DNA of 45,229 nucleotides, from assembly GCA_013694885.1 (NCBI GenBank), contig JACDBO010000094.1, positions 1-45,229 of the forward strand, given 5' to 3'. Below are positions 18,138-26,604 of the stretch, one piece after another (positions within the stretch are counted from its first letter, which is position 1; every line of letters begins with the position of its first letter). Both the position numbers and the translations under genes were made by a program. The notes below the pieces were generated by a model, which was given only the letters and a program-made list of their open reading frames with translations, was not told where the DNA came from and made no database searches. The DNA is from Chloroflexia bacterium. GTDB taxonomy: Bacteria > Chloroflexota > Chloroflexia > Thermomicrobiales > UBA6265.

Positions 18138-19436
18138 TCAGCCTTTGAGCGCCTTCAACGCGCCCAGGGCATCGCCGAGCAACTGTCGCTTCGGCACGTC
18201 CCGAAACAATCGCGCAATTTCTCGCTGTTTCGACGTTTTGGGTTGATCGTCCACAGAGAGGTACGTGTGGGCGACGCGGGACAGCAACTCAGGGTAGGCT
18301 CGGAGCAGGTGCGGGCGGGCGTGCGCAAAGTCGGTGACGTGGCGAATCTTGTAGAGGTCTTCGATGACCACACTCTTGTCGAGGAGCTCTCGATACCGTG
18401 AGAGCGCCGCCGCCGAGAAGTCGCCACGCTCGTTCGCCTCGATGATCGCCCGCGCCGCCAGCTTTCCGGAGAGCATCGCCAGGTTGACGCCCTCGCGGTT
18501 GAGGGGGTTGACGAACCCAGCGGCGTCACCGACCACAACCGCGCCGTCCGTATAGAGTTGCGGCAGGCGATTGTATCCTCCCTCCGGGATAAGGTGCGCG
18601 GAATACTCGACCGTCTCTCCGCTGGCGAGCAACGGAGCAATCATCGGGTGGGCCTTGAAGCGATCGAGCATGTCGTTGACATTAATGCCCGATGTGATGA
18701 GGTCCTCCAACAGCGCCCCTGTGCCGATCGAGAGCGACTCCTTGTTGGTGTAGATGAATCCGTAGCCGAGTAGACCCCACGTCGATTCACCGAAAATCTC
18801 AAGCGCGGTTCCCAGCCCTTGAGGCAAGTTGAAGCGCTCCTCGATAGTGGCCGACGGCAGCGAGATGATCTCCTTGGCCACGAGGGCTTGCTCGATGGGC
18901 GCCCACTCGCGATGCAGCCCCGCGCGTTGAGCCAGCAATGAATTTGCGCCGTCAGCGATCACGACCACCTTTGCCAGCAGCTCGCCCTCGGCATCGCCCG
19001 TGGTGACGCCGACGACGGCGCCATCCTCCCAGAGCAGGTCAGTGACCGTGAACTCCGGGTAGACCTCCGCGCCTGCCTCCTCGGCTTTCGTCGCATACCA
19101 CTGATCGAACGGCCCACGCACCGCGGAATAGGCGTTGTACGGCTGCGCCGCGAAGCGCATGGACCGGTACGTGCCGCCGAGCATGGCATCCTCCGTAAGC
19201 ACCATGTAGCGCTGCTCGATAATGGGTCGTTCGAGTGGGGCTTCCTCCTCGAACCCTGGGATCATCGTCTCGGTCGGCTCCCGGTAGAGGATGCCGCCCC
19301 AAACATTTTTCGCACCAGGATACTGTCCGCGCTCGAGGACCACCGTCGCCAGGCCAGCCGTCGCCAATTCCCGCGCGGCGGTGATGCCCGCCGGGCCGGC
19401 GCCGATCACGATCGCGTCCAACTGCTCCTCAGCCAA
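18138..19436 (-). CDS. fixC: FixC-type electron-transfer-flavoprotein:quinone oxidoreductase
   Basis: FAD dinucleotide fold DAIVIGAGPAGITAARELA..VVLERG, then GAKNVWGGILY. 432 aa, adjacent to etfAB. Confidence 0.85.
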   Translation of the reverse strand: MAEEQLDAIVIGAGPAGITAARELATAGLATVVLERGQYPGAKNVWGGILYREPTETMIPGFEEEAPLERPIIEQRYMVLTEDAMLGGTYRSMRFAAQPYNAYSAVRGPFDQWYATKAEEAGAEVYPEFTVTDLLWEDGAVVGVTTGDAEGELLAKVVVIADGANSLLAQRAGLHREWAPIEQALVAKEIISLPSATIEERFNLPQGLGTALEIFGESTWGLLGYGFIYTNKESLSIGTGALLEDLITSGINVNDMLDRFKAHPMIAPLLASGETVEYSAHLIPEGGYNRLPQLYTDGAVVVGDAAGFVNPLNREGVNLAMLSGKLAARAIIEANERGDFSAAALSRYRELLDKSVVIEDLYKIRHVTDFAHARPHLLRAYPELLSRVAHTYLSVDDQPKTSKQREIARLFRDVPKRQLLGDALGALKALKG

Positions 19437-19447
19437 CCGAGATTCCC

Positions 19448-19939
19448 CTATTCATGCGCTTGCTTCCACGCGATCACGTTTCGCTCGATTTGATCGGCGT
19501 GGTCGTGGAGATGCCGCGCATAGATACCAAGCCACTCCTCCGCACCGTACGTTCCTGATTCTGTGTGCCGACCGACTTTTGCCCAGGCGGAATCCGGCAG
19601 GCGGCGGAGTAATGGCAACGTGTTGGCGCGGACCGCCTCTACCACGGAAAGCGCCGGCTCGAGCGGCAGCTCGTGATAGTCGAACACGATTGCCCAACGC
19701 TCCTGATCGTAGCCGACGATGAGCGGGTCTGGCTCGACGACCACGGTTCGAATCCTGGCGGCGCCTTGCGTCTCGGAATCGGCACAGTGGACAACGATCT
19801 CATGGACTGACCACTCGGCCGGTTCTGGTCGCCACTTCATCGCCGCAGTGGGTACCTCGGAAAGCGCCTGCCGCAGCCGCGCCGGTCCGTCTTCGAATTG
19901 CTGAACCTTGCGTTCGCGTTCGGCTCGATCCATCGACAT
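19448..19939 (-). CDS. DinB-superfamily (DinB_2-like) four-helix-bundle protein
   Basis: WRPEPAEWSVHEIVVHCADSE..ARHLHDHADQI is the typical DinB His-triad spacing. 163 aa. Confidence 0.7.
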   Translation of the reverse strand: MSMDRAERERKVQQFEDGPARLRQALSEVPTAAMKWRPEPAEWSVHEIVVHCADSETQGAARIRTVVVEPDPLIVGYDQERWAIVFDYHELPLEPALSVVEAVRANTLPLLRRLPDSAWAKVGRHTESGTYGAEEWLGIYARHLHDHADQIERNVIAWKQAHE

Positions 19940-19949
19940 CCTTCCCTGC

Positions 19950-20939
19950 TCAAGCGCGTGCCGCGTTGATCTCCTCGATCACCGCCGGAACAACCTCGAA
20001 GAGGTCGCCGACGATTCCGAAGGAGGCGATCTTGAAGATCGGTGCGTCCGGGTCTCGGTTGATGGCGACGATGTAGTCCGCGCCTTGCATCCCGACCAGG
20101 TGCTGCACCGCGCCGCTGATGCCCACCGCGACGTAGAGACGCGGCGCGACCGTTTGACCGGTCTGCCCAACCTGCTCGTGATGTGGTCGCCAACCTGCGT
20201 CGACGACCGCGCGCGAGGCGCCGACCGAGGCATTGAGGGCGCGTGCCAAATCCTCTACCAGGTTGAATCGGTCCGGCTCCTTGAGCCCTCGGCCACCGGC
20301 GACGATCCGCTCGGCGTTGTCCAGGCGTTTGCCGCCAGTGTCCTCGTGCAGTGTCTCGACGACCCGGACCTTGAGATCATCGTCGCCCAGTTCGACGGTC
20401 AGCGACACGATCTCCGCTTCCTCGCCAGTCGGTTTGGCTCGTTCGAAACTCCCAGGCCGCACAGTTGCTATCCACGGGCCGTCGCCTTCGAAGCGCACGA
20501 CCGTCTGGACTCGGCCCCCGAGGATCGGCCGCGTCGCCACCAGCGCGCCGTCTTCGACGGCGAGATCGACGCAGTCCGCCGCCAACCCAAGCCGCAAGCG
20601 GGCAGCAAGCCTCGGCGCGTAGTCGCGGCCGGATGTGGTCCCAGGGATGAGCAGCGCAGCTGGGTTCGTCTCCGCGACGGCGTGGACGACCACCGCCGTC
20701 CAGGCCCCGCTGGTGAACGACGCGAGCCGCTCATCATCGACAACCAGGACCCGATCCGCGCCCGACGCCGCCACCGTCCGCGCGGCTTCGACTACCTCAG
20801 CACCCGGAACCACCACCGTGAGTTCGCCACCCATCGCCTCCGCGAGGGAACGTCCAACGGTAAGCAACTCAAGCGACCCGGTCCGCAAACCGTCTTCACC
20901 GACCTCGGCGACGACAAGAATTCCGGTACCTTTTCCCAT
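19950..20939 (-). CDS. etfA: electron transfer flavoprotein alpha subunit
   Basis: C-terminal FAD motif (IVAGGRG..VGASRA.VDAGW....QVGQTGQTV.P.LY.A.GISGAVQH..GM), 329 aa. Confidence 0.95.
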   Translation of the reverse strand: MGKGTGILVVAEVGEDGLRTGSLELLTVGRSLAEAMGGELTVVVPGAEVVEAARTVAASGADRVLVVDDERLASFTSGAWTAVVVHAVAETNPAALLIPGTTSGRDYAPRLAARLRLGLAADCVDLAVEDGALVATRPILGGRVQTVVRFEGDGPWIATVRPGSFERAKPTGEEAEIVSLTVELGDDDLKVRVVETLHEDTGGKRLDNAERIVAGGRGLKEPDRFNLVEDLARALNASVGASRAVVDAGWRPHHEQVGQTGQTVAPRLYVAVGISGAVQHLVGMQGADYIVAINRDPDAPIFKIASFGIVGDLFEVVPAVIEEINAARA

Positions 20940-21000
20940 ACGATTTGACTTCCTCGTTCATAGCTCAGACGGCATCGTCCAGCGTTCAAACAAGCTCGGC

Positions 21001-21756
21001 TTACAGCAGCTTCTGCTCCTTGAGCCAAGTGACGAGCTGCGTCGCCGCCTCGGATGCCGCGACGCCTTGGACGACCGTTCCCGTGACGGTTCGCTCCGGC
21101 ACGAATGGCTCGCTCCATGAGAGTGAGGGGGCGGCGGAAGGGAGGTCTGCCGTGACCTGTTCGACCGGCTTGCGCTTGGCGGCCATCATCCCTTTGATCG
21201 ATGGCAGGCGAGGCTCGTTCAAGCCGGTCATCGCCATCAAGAGCAGCGGGGTGCTAACCGTGACGACCTGCTTGCCGTCCTCCGTGTCGCGCTGGACCGA
21301 AAACTCGCTGTCGCCGCCGTCGATCCTCGTAACTGAGGAGAGGTGGGGAATGCCGAGCAACTCGGCGAGTTGTGGGCCAAGATGGCCGGTTTGGTAGTCG
21401 TCGGAGTTCTGCCCGGTCAACACGACATCGGGTTCCAGCTTGCCGATTTCAACCACCAGCACGGTTGCCAGCGTCAAGGTGTCGATATCGTTAGCGTTGG
21501 GAAGGGCGATCTGGACCGCGTTGTCCACCCCCATGGCCAATGCGCGGGTGATAGCGTCTTTGACGCTGGGTGGTCCGGCGCAAATGACGGTGACCTCGCC
21601 CTCGTGTTGCTCCTTCAACCGCAACCCAGCTTCAATGGCGTATTCATCGAACGAGCTCACCACACGCTGTCCATCGAGCGTTGGCTTGCCGGTCGCACGG
21701 TCGATCTTGACCGTGTTCATGTCAGGCACCTGCTTGATCAGCACGACGATCCTCAT
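21001..21756 (-). CDS. etfB: electron transfer flavoprotein beta subunit
   Basis: MRIVVLIKQVPD....KID..TG......V....N.FDEYAIE.GLRLKE, 251 aa. The ATGA overlaps the upstream hydratase. Confidence 0.95.
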   Translation of the reverse strand: MRIVVLIKQVPDMNTVKIDRATGKPTLDGQRVVSSFDEYAIEAGLRLKEQHEGEVTVICAGPPSVKDAITRALAMGVDNAVQIALPNANDIDTLTLATVLVVEIGKLEPDVVLTGQNSDDYQTGHLGPQLAELLGIPHLSSVTRIDGGDSEFSVQRDTEDGKQVVTVSTPLLLMAMTGLNEPRLPSIKGMMAAKRKPVEQVTADLPSAAPSLSWSEPFVPERTVTGTVVQGVAASEAATQLVTWLKEQKLL

Positions 21757-22559
21757 CGATCGCTGTTCCCTTCTTGCTCAGGCACCTGTTCGTCCTGAAA
21801 CGTTGCCGTCCGCTTCTCCAGAAAGGCCGCCATGCCCTCGCGCTGGTCGGCTGAGCCGAATGCATCCGCGAAGCGACGCGCCTCGGTGGCCAATCCGTTC
21901 GATGGGTTGCCAGCCAACGCGAGTCCCATGAGCTGTTTGGACGCGCTGACGGCTCGCGGGCTATTCGCCGCGATGCGCTCGGCCATGGTGACGGCGTGCT
22001 CCATGAGCTCAGCGCCCGCATGAACGGCATTCACCAGACCAACGCGAAGCGCTTCAGCGGCGTCGACACGGCGCCCGGTAAGAATCATCTCCGACGCGAG
22101 TCCCGGACCAACAACCCGGGCCAGCCGCTGGGTGCCGCCCCAGCCAGGTGGGACGCCGAGTCCGACCTCTGGCTGGGCGAAGACAGCCGTGTCCGACGCT
22201 AACCGGATGTCGCAGGCCAACGCCAGCTCGCAGCCGCCGCCGAGTGCAAATCCGTTGACCGCCGCGATCACCGGTTGCGCCAATTGCTCGATCTTGGCCG
22301 TAACCGCATGGCCAATCCGGGCGAAGGCCAGCCCCTCGTCTGGCGCCAGGGTCGCCATCTCGCTGATGTCCGCGCCGGCGACGAACGCGCGGTCGCCCGC
22401 TCCCGTCACTACGATGCAGCGAACTGACCGCACCATGTCGAGTTGCCGCAACGCGCCATGCAGGGCGCGAAGCCGCTCGCTGTTCATGGCGTTGAGCTTG
22501 TCCGGCTGATTGATCGTGATGATCGCGATCGCGCCTCGCCGCTCGATGTCAACGCTCAT
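21753..22559 (-). CDS. enoyl-CoA hydratase/isomerase (crotonase family)
   Basis: ITINQPDKLNAM..VVTGAGDRAFVAGADI..AAVNGFALGGGCELALACDIRLA..FAQPEV.LG..PG.GGTQRL. Confidence 0.9.
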   Translation of the reverse strand: MSVDIERRGAIAIITINQPDKLNAMNSERLRALHGALRQLDMVRSVRCIVVTGAGDRAFVAGADISEMATLAPDEGLAFARIGHAVTAKIEQLAQPVIAAVNGFALGGGCELALACDIRLASDTAVFAQPEVGLGVPPGWGGTQRLARVVGPGLASEMILTGRRVDAAEALRVGLVNAVHAGAELMEHAVTMAERIAANSPRAVSASKQLMGLALAGNPSNGLATEARRFADAFGSADQREGMAAFLEKRTATFQDEQVPEQEGNSDR

Positions 22560-23109
22560 TCAGGTGTGGCTCCTCCCAGGTATCGAGCGTGTCCCGATAC
22601 CGCTCAGCAACGCCGACATAGCGGCCAGCGATCCGCCGCAGCGCATCCCGCTGGCCGCTGGCCAACTCGCGACGAACCTTGGCCGGCACACCCATAACCA
22701 CGGAGCCGGCGGCGACGGTCATGCGCTCCGGGACCAACGAACCGGCCGCCACCACCGCCCCCTGGCCGATGGTCGAGTAGGATAAGACGATCGCTCCCAT
22801 ACCGATCACCGCGCCATCCTCGACGGTAGTGCCATGCACGACCGCGCCGTGACCGATCGTGACATCGGCACCAATGATGCACGGGGCGTCGGCATTGACG
22901 TGGAGGATGCAGCCGTCCTGGACGTTGCTCCGGGACCCGACGCGGACAGGGGCGATGTCCCCCCTCACCGTACAGTTGAACCAAACGCTGGCGCCATCCT
23001 CAATCGTCACGTCACCGATGATGACCGCGCCAGGAGCGATGAAGACGGTCGGCGCTATCGTCGGCCAGATGCCGTCATACGGCAAGATGATCGGGCCCGG
23101 TGCGGTCAC
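22549..23109 (-). CDS. gamma-carbonic-anhydrase-like hexapeptide-repeat protein (PaaY/YrdA family)
   Basis: Left-handed beta-helix repeats with FIAPGAVIIGDVTIEDGASVWFN.V.RGD...I.VG..SNVQDG.ILH. The GTGA overlaps the thiolase stop. Confidence 0.85.
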   Translation of the reverse strand: MTAPGPIILPYDGIWPTIAPTVFIAPGAVIIGDVTIEDGASVWFNCTVRGDIAPVRVGSRSNVQDGCILHVNADAPCIIGADVTIGHGAVVHGTTVEDGAVIGMGAIVLSYSTIGQGAVVAAGSLVPERMTVAAGSVVMGVPAKVRRELASGQRDALRRIAGRYVGVAERYRDTLDTWEEPHLNER

Positions 23110-24293
23110 CGTCCGCCGTCCACCTGGACGACGAGGGCATCCCCCTGGCCTCCACCAGAGCAGATTGCTGCCAGTCCAATGCCGCCACCACGGCGGCGCA
23201 GCTCGTAGAGCAGCGTGAGCACAACGCGGGCGCCGCTGGCCGCCAGCGGATGACCGAGCGCGATGGCGCCGCCGTTGACGTTGACCTTCTCCACATCGAC
23301 GCCGAGTCGTCCGCGGGCGATCAAGGCGACGTTGGCGAACGCTTCGTTGATCTCAACGAGATCGATGTCTTCCACGCTGAGTCCGGCCCTGTCGAGCGCC
23401 TTGCGCGCGGCCATCTCCGGCGTGAACGCAAGGTATGGGACATCCCAGGCGGCGGTGCCATGGCCGAGAATGCGACCGAGCGAGGGAAGTCCACGCTCAC
23501 GCGCCCATTCCTCATCGGCGACAATCATCGCCGCGCCGCCATCATTGACGCCGGGCGCATTGCCGGCCGTGACGGTGCCACCGGGGTCGAACGCGGGGCG
23601 GAGTTTGGCGAGCGCCTCGGCGCTGGTGTCCCGCCGCGGTCCCTCGTCGGCGTCGATGACCTGGTCGCCTTTCTTGTTCTCGATCGTGACCGGAATGATC
23701 TCCTCAGTGAATCGGCCGCTGTCGGTCGCGGCGATGGCGCGTTGATGTGAACGAAGCGCCCAGGCATCCTGGTCCTCGCGGCCGACGCCCTCTTCGGCCG
23801 CGACATTGCTGCCGTGGATGCCCATGTGACATCCGGCGACGGCGCAGGTGAGACCGTCACCAATCATCATGTCTTCGAGCACACCGTTGCCGGCGCGATA
23901 GCCGGATCGGGCCTTGCGGAGCAGAAAAGGCGCGTTCGACATGCTTTCCATACCACCGGCGCCGACGACTTGGTGATCGCCGAGGCGGATCAGCGTGTCC
24001 GCCAGCGTGATAGCACGCATCCCGGAGCCACAGACGCAGTTGACGGTCTCCGAGGTGGTGGTCTTGTCGAGCCCGACCTTGAATCCAACCTGACGGGCAG
24101 GGTTCTGACCCGCGCCTCCCTGGAGCACCTGACCGAGGATCACGTGTTCCACGTCGGTGCGATCAACGCCGGAACGGCAGAGCGCGGCTTCGAGGGCCGC
24201 GGCGCCCAGTTCGACCGCGGTCTTCGACGCCAGGGCTCCACCGAGTTTACCGAACGGCGTTCTGGCCCCGCCGAGGATCACGCTCCTGGTCAT
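23106..24293 (-). CDS. acetyl-CoA C-acetyltransferase (thiolase II)
   Basis: VILGGARTPFGKLGG, active-site NCVCGSGMRA, GNAPGVNDGAA, NVNGGAIALGHPLGASGAR, CSGGGQG. The ATG at 24293 is preceded by GGAGAAG. Confidence 0.95.
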   Translation of the reverse strand: MTRSVILGGARTPFGKLGGALASKTAVELGAAALEAALCRSGVDRTDVEHVILGQVLQGGAGQNPARQVGFKVGLDKTTTSETVNCVCGSGMRAITLADTLIRLGDHQVVGAGGMESMSNAPFLLRKARSGYRAGNGVLEDMMIGDGLTCAVAGCHMGIHGSNVAAEEGVGREDQDAWALRSHQRAIAATDSGRFTEEIIPVTIENKKGDQVIDADEGPRRDTSAEALAKLRPAFDPGGTVTAGNAPGVNDGGAAMIVADEEWARERGLPSLGRILGHGTAAWDVPYLAFTPEMAARKALDRAGLSVEDIDLVEINEAFANVALIARGRLGVDVEKVNVNGGAIALGHPLAASGARVVLTLLYELRRRGGGIGLAAICSGGGQGDALVVQVDGGR

Positions 24294-24315
24294 GTCAGCT
24301 CTTCTCCGATCATTT

Positions 24316-24343
24316 ACTGAGGACTGAGGACTCAGGACTGAGC
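24316..24343. repeat. four tandem heptamers ACTGAGG-ACTGAGG-ACTCAGG-ACTGAGC
   Basis: Read directly from the sequence. They lie 23-50 nt upstream of the thiolase ATG on the minus strand, where they read GCTCAGT CCTGAGT CCTCAGT CCTCAGT. Confidence 0.8.
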
Positions 24344-24388
24344 GTATTGCCACTCACAACTGATCCCCGATTGCCGCTTGGTCGAGGG

Positions 24389-24417
24389 ATTCGATGCACA
24401 GTCCCCTTAATTAACAA
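24389..24417 (-). promoter_or_regulatory. candidate sigma-70-type promoter for the thiolase-to-etf transcription unit
   Basis: Minus strand TTGTTA-17 nt-TCGAAT, inside the only AT-rich patch (TTAATTAACAATAT) of this intergenic region. Weak -10. Confidence 0.25.
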
Positions 24418-24495
24418 TATCGGCACAGGGGCGAATTACATGTCGGTTTTGGCGATCCGAATTTCGCGACACTACGAAGGGCCGTGAAAAGCGGT

Positions 24496-25713
24496 CTAGT
24501 CGGCCGCGATCGGTTCTCCCGACTCGTACCCGACGGCCGGTGGCTGCGGGCAACGGAGCGGACGGTCCTCGCGATAGCCCAAGGCATATTCCGCCTGGAG
24601 GAGCGTATGCACCTCGCGGGTGCCTTCGTAGATGACGGCGCCGCGCGCGTTGCGCCAGAACCGCTCGACCGGGTACTCGTTCGAGAAGCCATAAGAGCCG
24701 TGAACCTGGATAGCGTCATCGGCAGATTTCAGGGCGACATCGCAGGCGAACCACTTGGCTAACGACGTCTCGCGAGTGTTACGGATACCACGGTTTTTCA
24801 GCTCCGCCGCCTGCATCACCAGCAAACGTGACGCCTCCTGGCCGGCGACCATTTGCGCGATCATCTCCTGCACCAGTTGGTGGCGCCCGATCGGTTGGCC
24901 GAAAGTCTGTCGCTCGTTAGCGTACTTGACGCTCGTATCGAGACAGGCGCGTGTTAGGCCTACCGCGCCCGCGGCTACCGTGAAGCGACCCTGGTCGATG
25001 CAGCTCATGGCAATCTTGAAGCCCTCGCCCTCCTCGCCGATTCGGTGCTCGGCCGGTACCTGGACATTGTTAAAGGCGAGCTCACCAGTGTTGCCAGCTC
25101 GAATACCGAGTTTGCCCTTGATGGTGCCGGTCGTGAGCCCGTCTATACCTCGTTCGAGCACGAAGGCGGTCAACCCTTTGTGCTTCTGAGTGCGATCGAT
25201 GCTGGCGAAGACGAGAAAGTGATCGGCAACATCGGCGAGCGAGATCCACATCTTCGCGCCGTTGATGACGTAGCTGTCACCGTCGCGCATGGCAACGGTC
25301 TCAATGGCACCGGCGTCGGAACCGGCGTTCGGCTCGGTGAGGGCAAAGGTGGCGAGCTTCTCACCTTGTGCTTGCGGCACCAACCAGCGCTGCCGCTGTT
25401 CCTCCGTCGCCCATTGCCAGAGCGCGAGGCTGTTGAGCCCGACGTGGACACTCATGACCACGCGCAGGAAGGTGTCGACGTATTCAAGCTCCTCGCAGGC
25501 GAGCGCCAGGCTGACGTAATCAAGACCGGACCCGCCATATTGCTCCGGGATTGGTAGGCCGAGGATGCCCAACTCACCCATCTTGTCGAGGGCTTCGCGG
25601 TGGAACTCACCTTTGGCGTCCCAATCCTGGATATGTGGCGCGACTTCGCGGTGAGCAAACTCGTGGACCATGTCGCGCACTTGCTTCTGCTCGTCGGTCA
25701 ACTCGAACTGCAT
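24496..25713 (-). CDS. acyl-CoA dehydrogenase
   Basis: FELTDEQ..VR.FA..E.AP....D....F......K.GELG.LG. plus LTEPNAGSD and a C-terminal YEGT..V motif. I chose the ATG at 25713 (405 aa). Confidence 0.95.
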   Translation of the reverse strand: MQFELTDEQKQVRDMVHEFAHREVAPHIQDWDAKGEFHREALDKMGELGILGLPIPEQYGGSGLDYVSLALACEELEYVDTFLRVVMSVHVGLNSLALWQWATEEQRQRWLVPQAQGEKLATFALTEPNAGSDAGAIETVAMRDGDSYVINGAKMWISLADVADHFLVFASIDRTQKHKGLTAFVLERGIDGLTTGTIKGKLGIRAGNTGELAFNNVQVPAEHRIGEEGEGFKIAMSCIDQGRFTVAAGAVGLTRACLDTSVKYANERQTFGQPIGRHQLVQEMIAQMVAGQEASRLLVMQAAELKNRGIRNTRETSLAKWFACDVALKSADDAIQVHGSYGFSNEYPVERFWRNARGAVIYEGTREVHTLLQAEYALGYREDRPLRCPQPPAVGYESGEPIAAD

Positions 25714-25785
25714 GATGATCCCAGTCACATTCGCCGGGTGGACGCGCGATCCGGCGTCGACCAGCATCCGATCTTCAACCGGCCA

Positions 25786-25815
25786 AGTATAGAAGACGCC
25801 GGAAATCAGTCACAA
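25786..25815 (-). promoter_or_regulatory. candidate promoter for acyl-CoA dehydrogenase
   Basis: Minus strand TTGTGA-18 nt-TATACT. The -35 overlaps the birA stop, and it would give a leader of about 70 nt. Confidence 0.3.
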
Positions 25816-26604
25816 CGGCGTCGGGTCGGCACGTGAAACGACGTGGGGGCCCCGCACCAATTCGCCAGAGGCGAGCTCGTGGAGCTGGCCAGTCTCCTGC
25901 CGCAGAAGCAGCGCACCACTGGGCGCCACGCCGACCAACGTTCCGAGGATCTCGCGATCTCCGTCGCGCACCACCACGGTTTCACCCACGTAGGCGAGCC
26001 TGGCACTTGCCAGCGGCCACCAGTCGCCCAGGTCGTCACGCATCAGCGCGCCGTACATGGCGCCGATAGTGCTCAAGAACGCGGCGAGCAGTGGCTCCTG
26101 CTCGACTTCCTGGCCTGTTTCAGCGAGCAGGCTCGTGGCTCCTGGCAGGAGCTGATCTGCTCGTGAATTGACGTTGAAGCCCACGCCGAGGATCACAATT
26201 GGTGGCTCTCCGGGTAGTGGGGTCACACGCGTGAGGATGCCGCAACACTTTCGACCATGAATTAGCACATCGTTGGGCCATTTGATAGCGGCGTGGAGAC
26301 CAGTGATGGTTTCGACGACGTCAGCGACGCACGCGGCGATGAGCATCGAGAGGGACGTCAGCCGTTCGAGCGACAAGCGTGGCCGGAGCAGCACCGAGAA
26401 GAGGAGTGACGTGCCGGCGGGCGCATCCCAGACGCGACCGGACCGGCCCCGACCGGCGGTCTGGAAGTCAGCGAGCAGGGTGGTGCCTTCGGCCGCTCCC
26501 CCTCGCGCGAGATCAGCCAGCTCGTCCATCGTGCTCGTCACGGCGTGACGCCTCAGGAGTGGGCGACCGATCGTCACGGCGCCGGGTGATTGACGTTCAG
26601 CCAT
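25810..26604 (-). CDS. birA: biotin--[acetyl-CoA-carboxylase] ligase (class I, no N-terminal HTH)
   Basis: GRGRSGRVWDAPAGTSLLFSVLLRP, KWPNDVL. The ATG at 26604 overlaps the upstream stop (ATGGCTGA). Confidence 0.9.
   Translation of the reverse strand: MAERQSPGAVTIGRPLLRRHAVTSTMDELADLARGGAAEGTTLLADFQTAGRGRSGRVWDAPAGTSLLFSVLLRPRLSLERLTSLSMLIAACVADVVETITGLHAAIKWPNDVLIHGRKCCGILTRVTPLPGEPPIVILGVGFNVNSRADQLLPGATSLLAETGQEVEQEPLLAAFLSTIGAMYGALMRDDLGDWWPLASARLAYVGETVVVRDGDREILGTLVGVAPSGALLLRQETGQLHELASGELVRGPHVVSRADPTPL

Noticed and set aside
19908-20948. 346-aa plus-strand ORF antisense to etfA
   Set aside because: Arg/Asp-rich with no domain resemblance, and etfA on the other strand is unambiguous.
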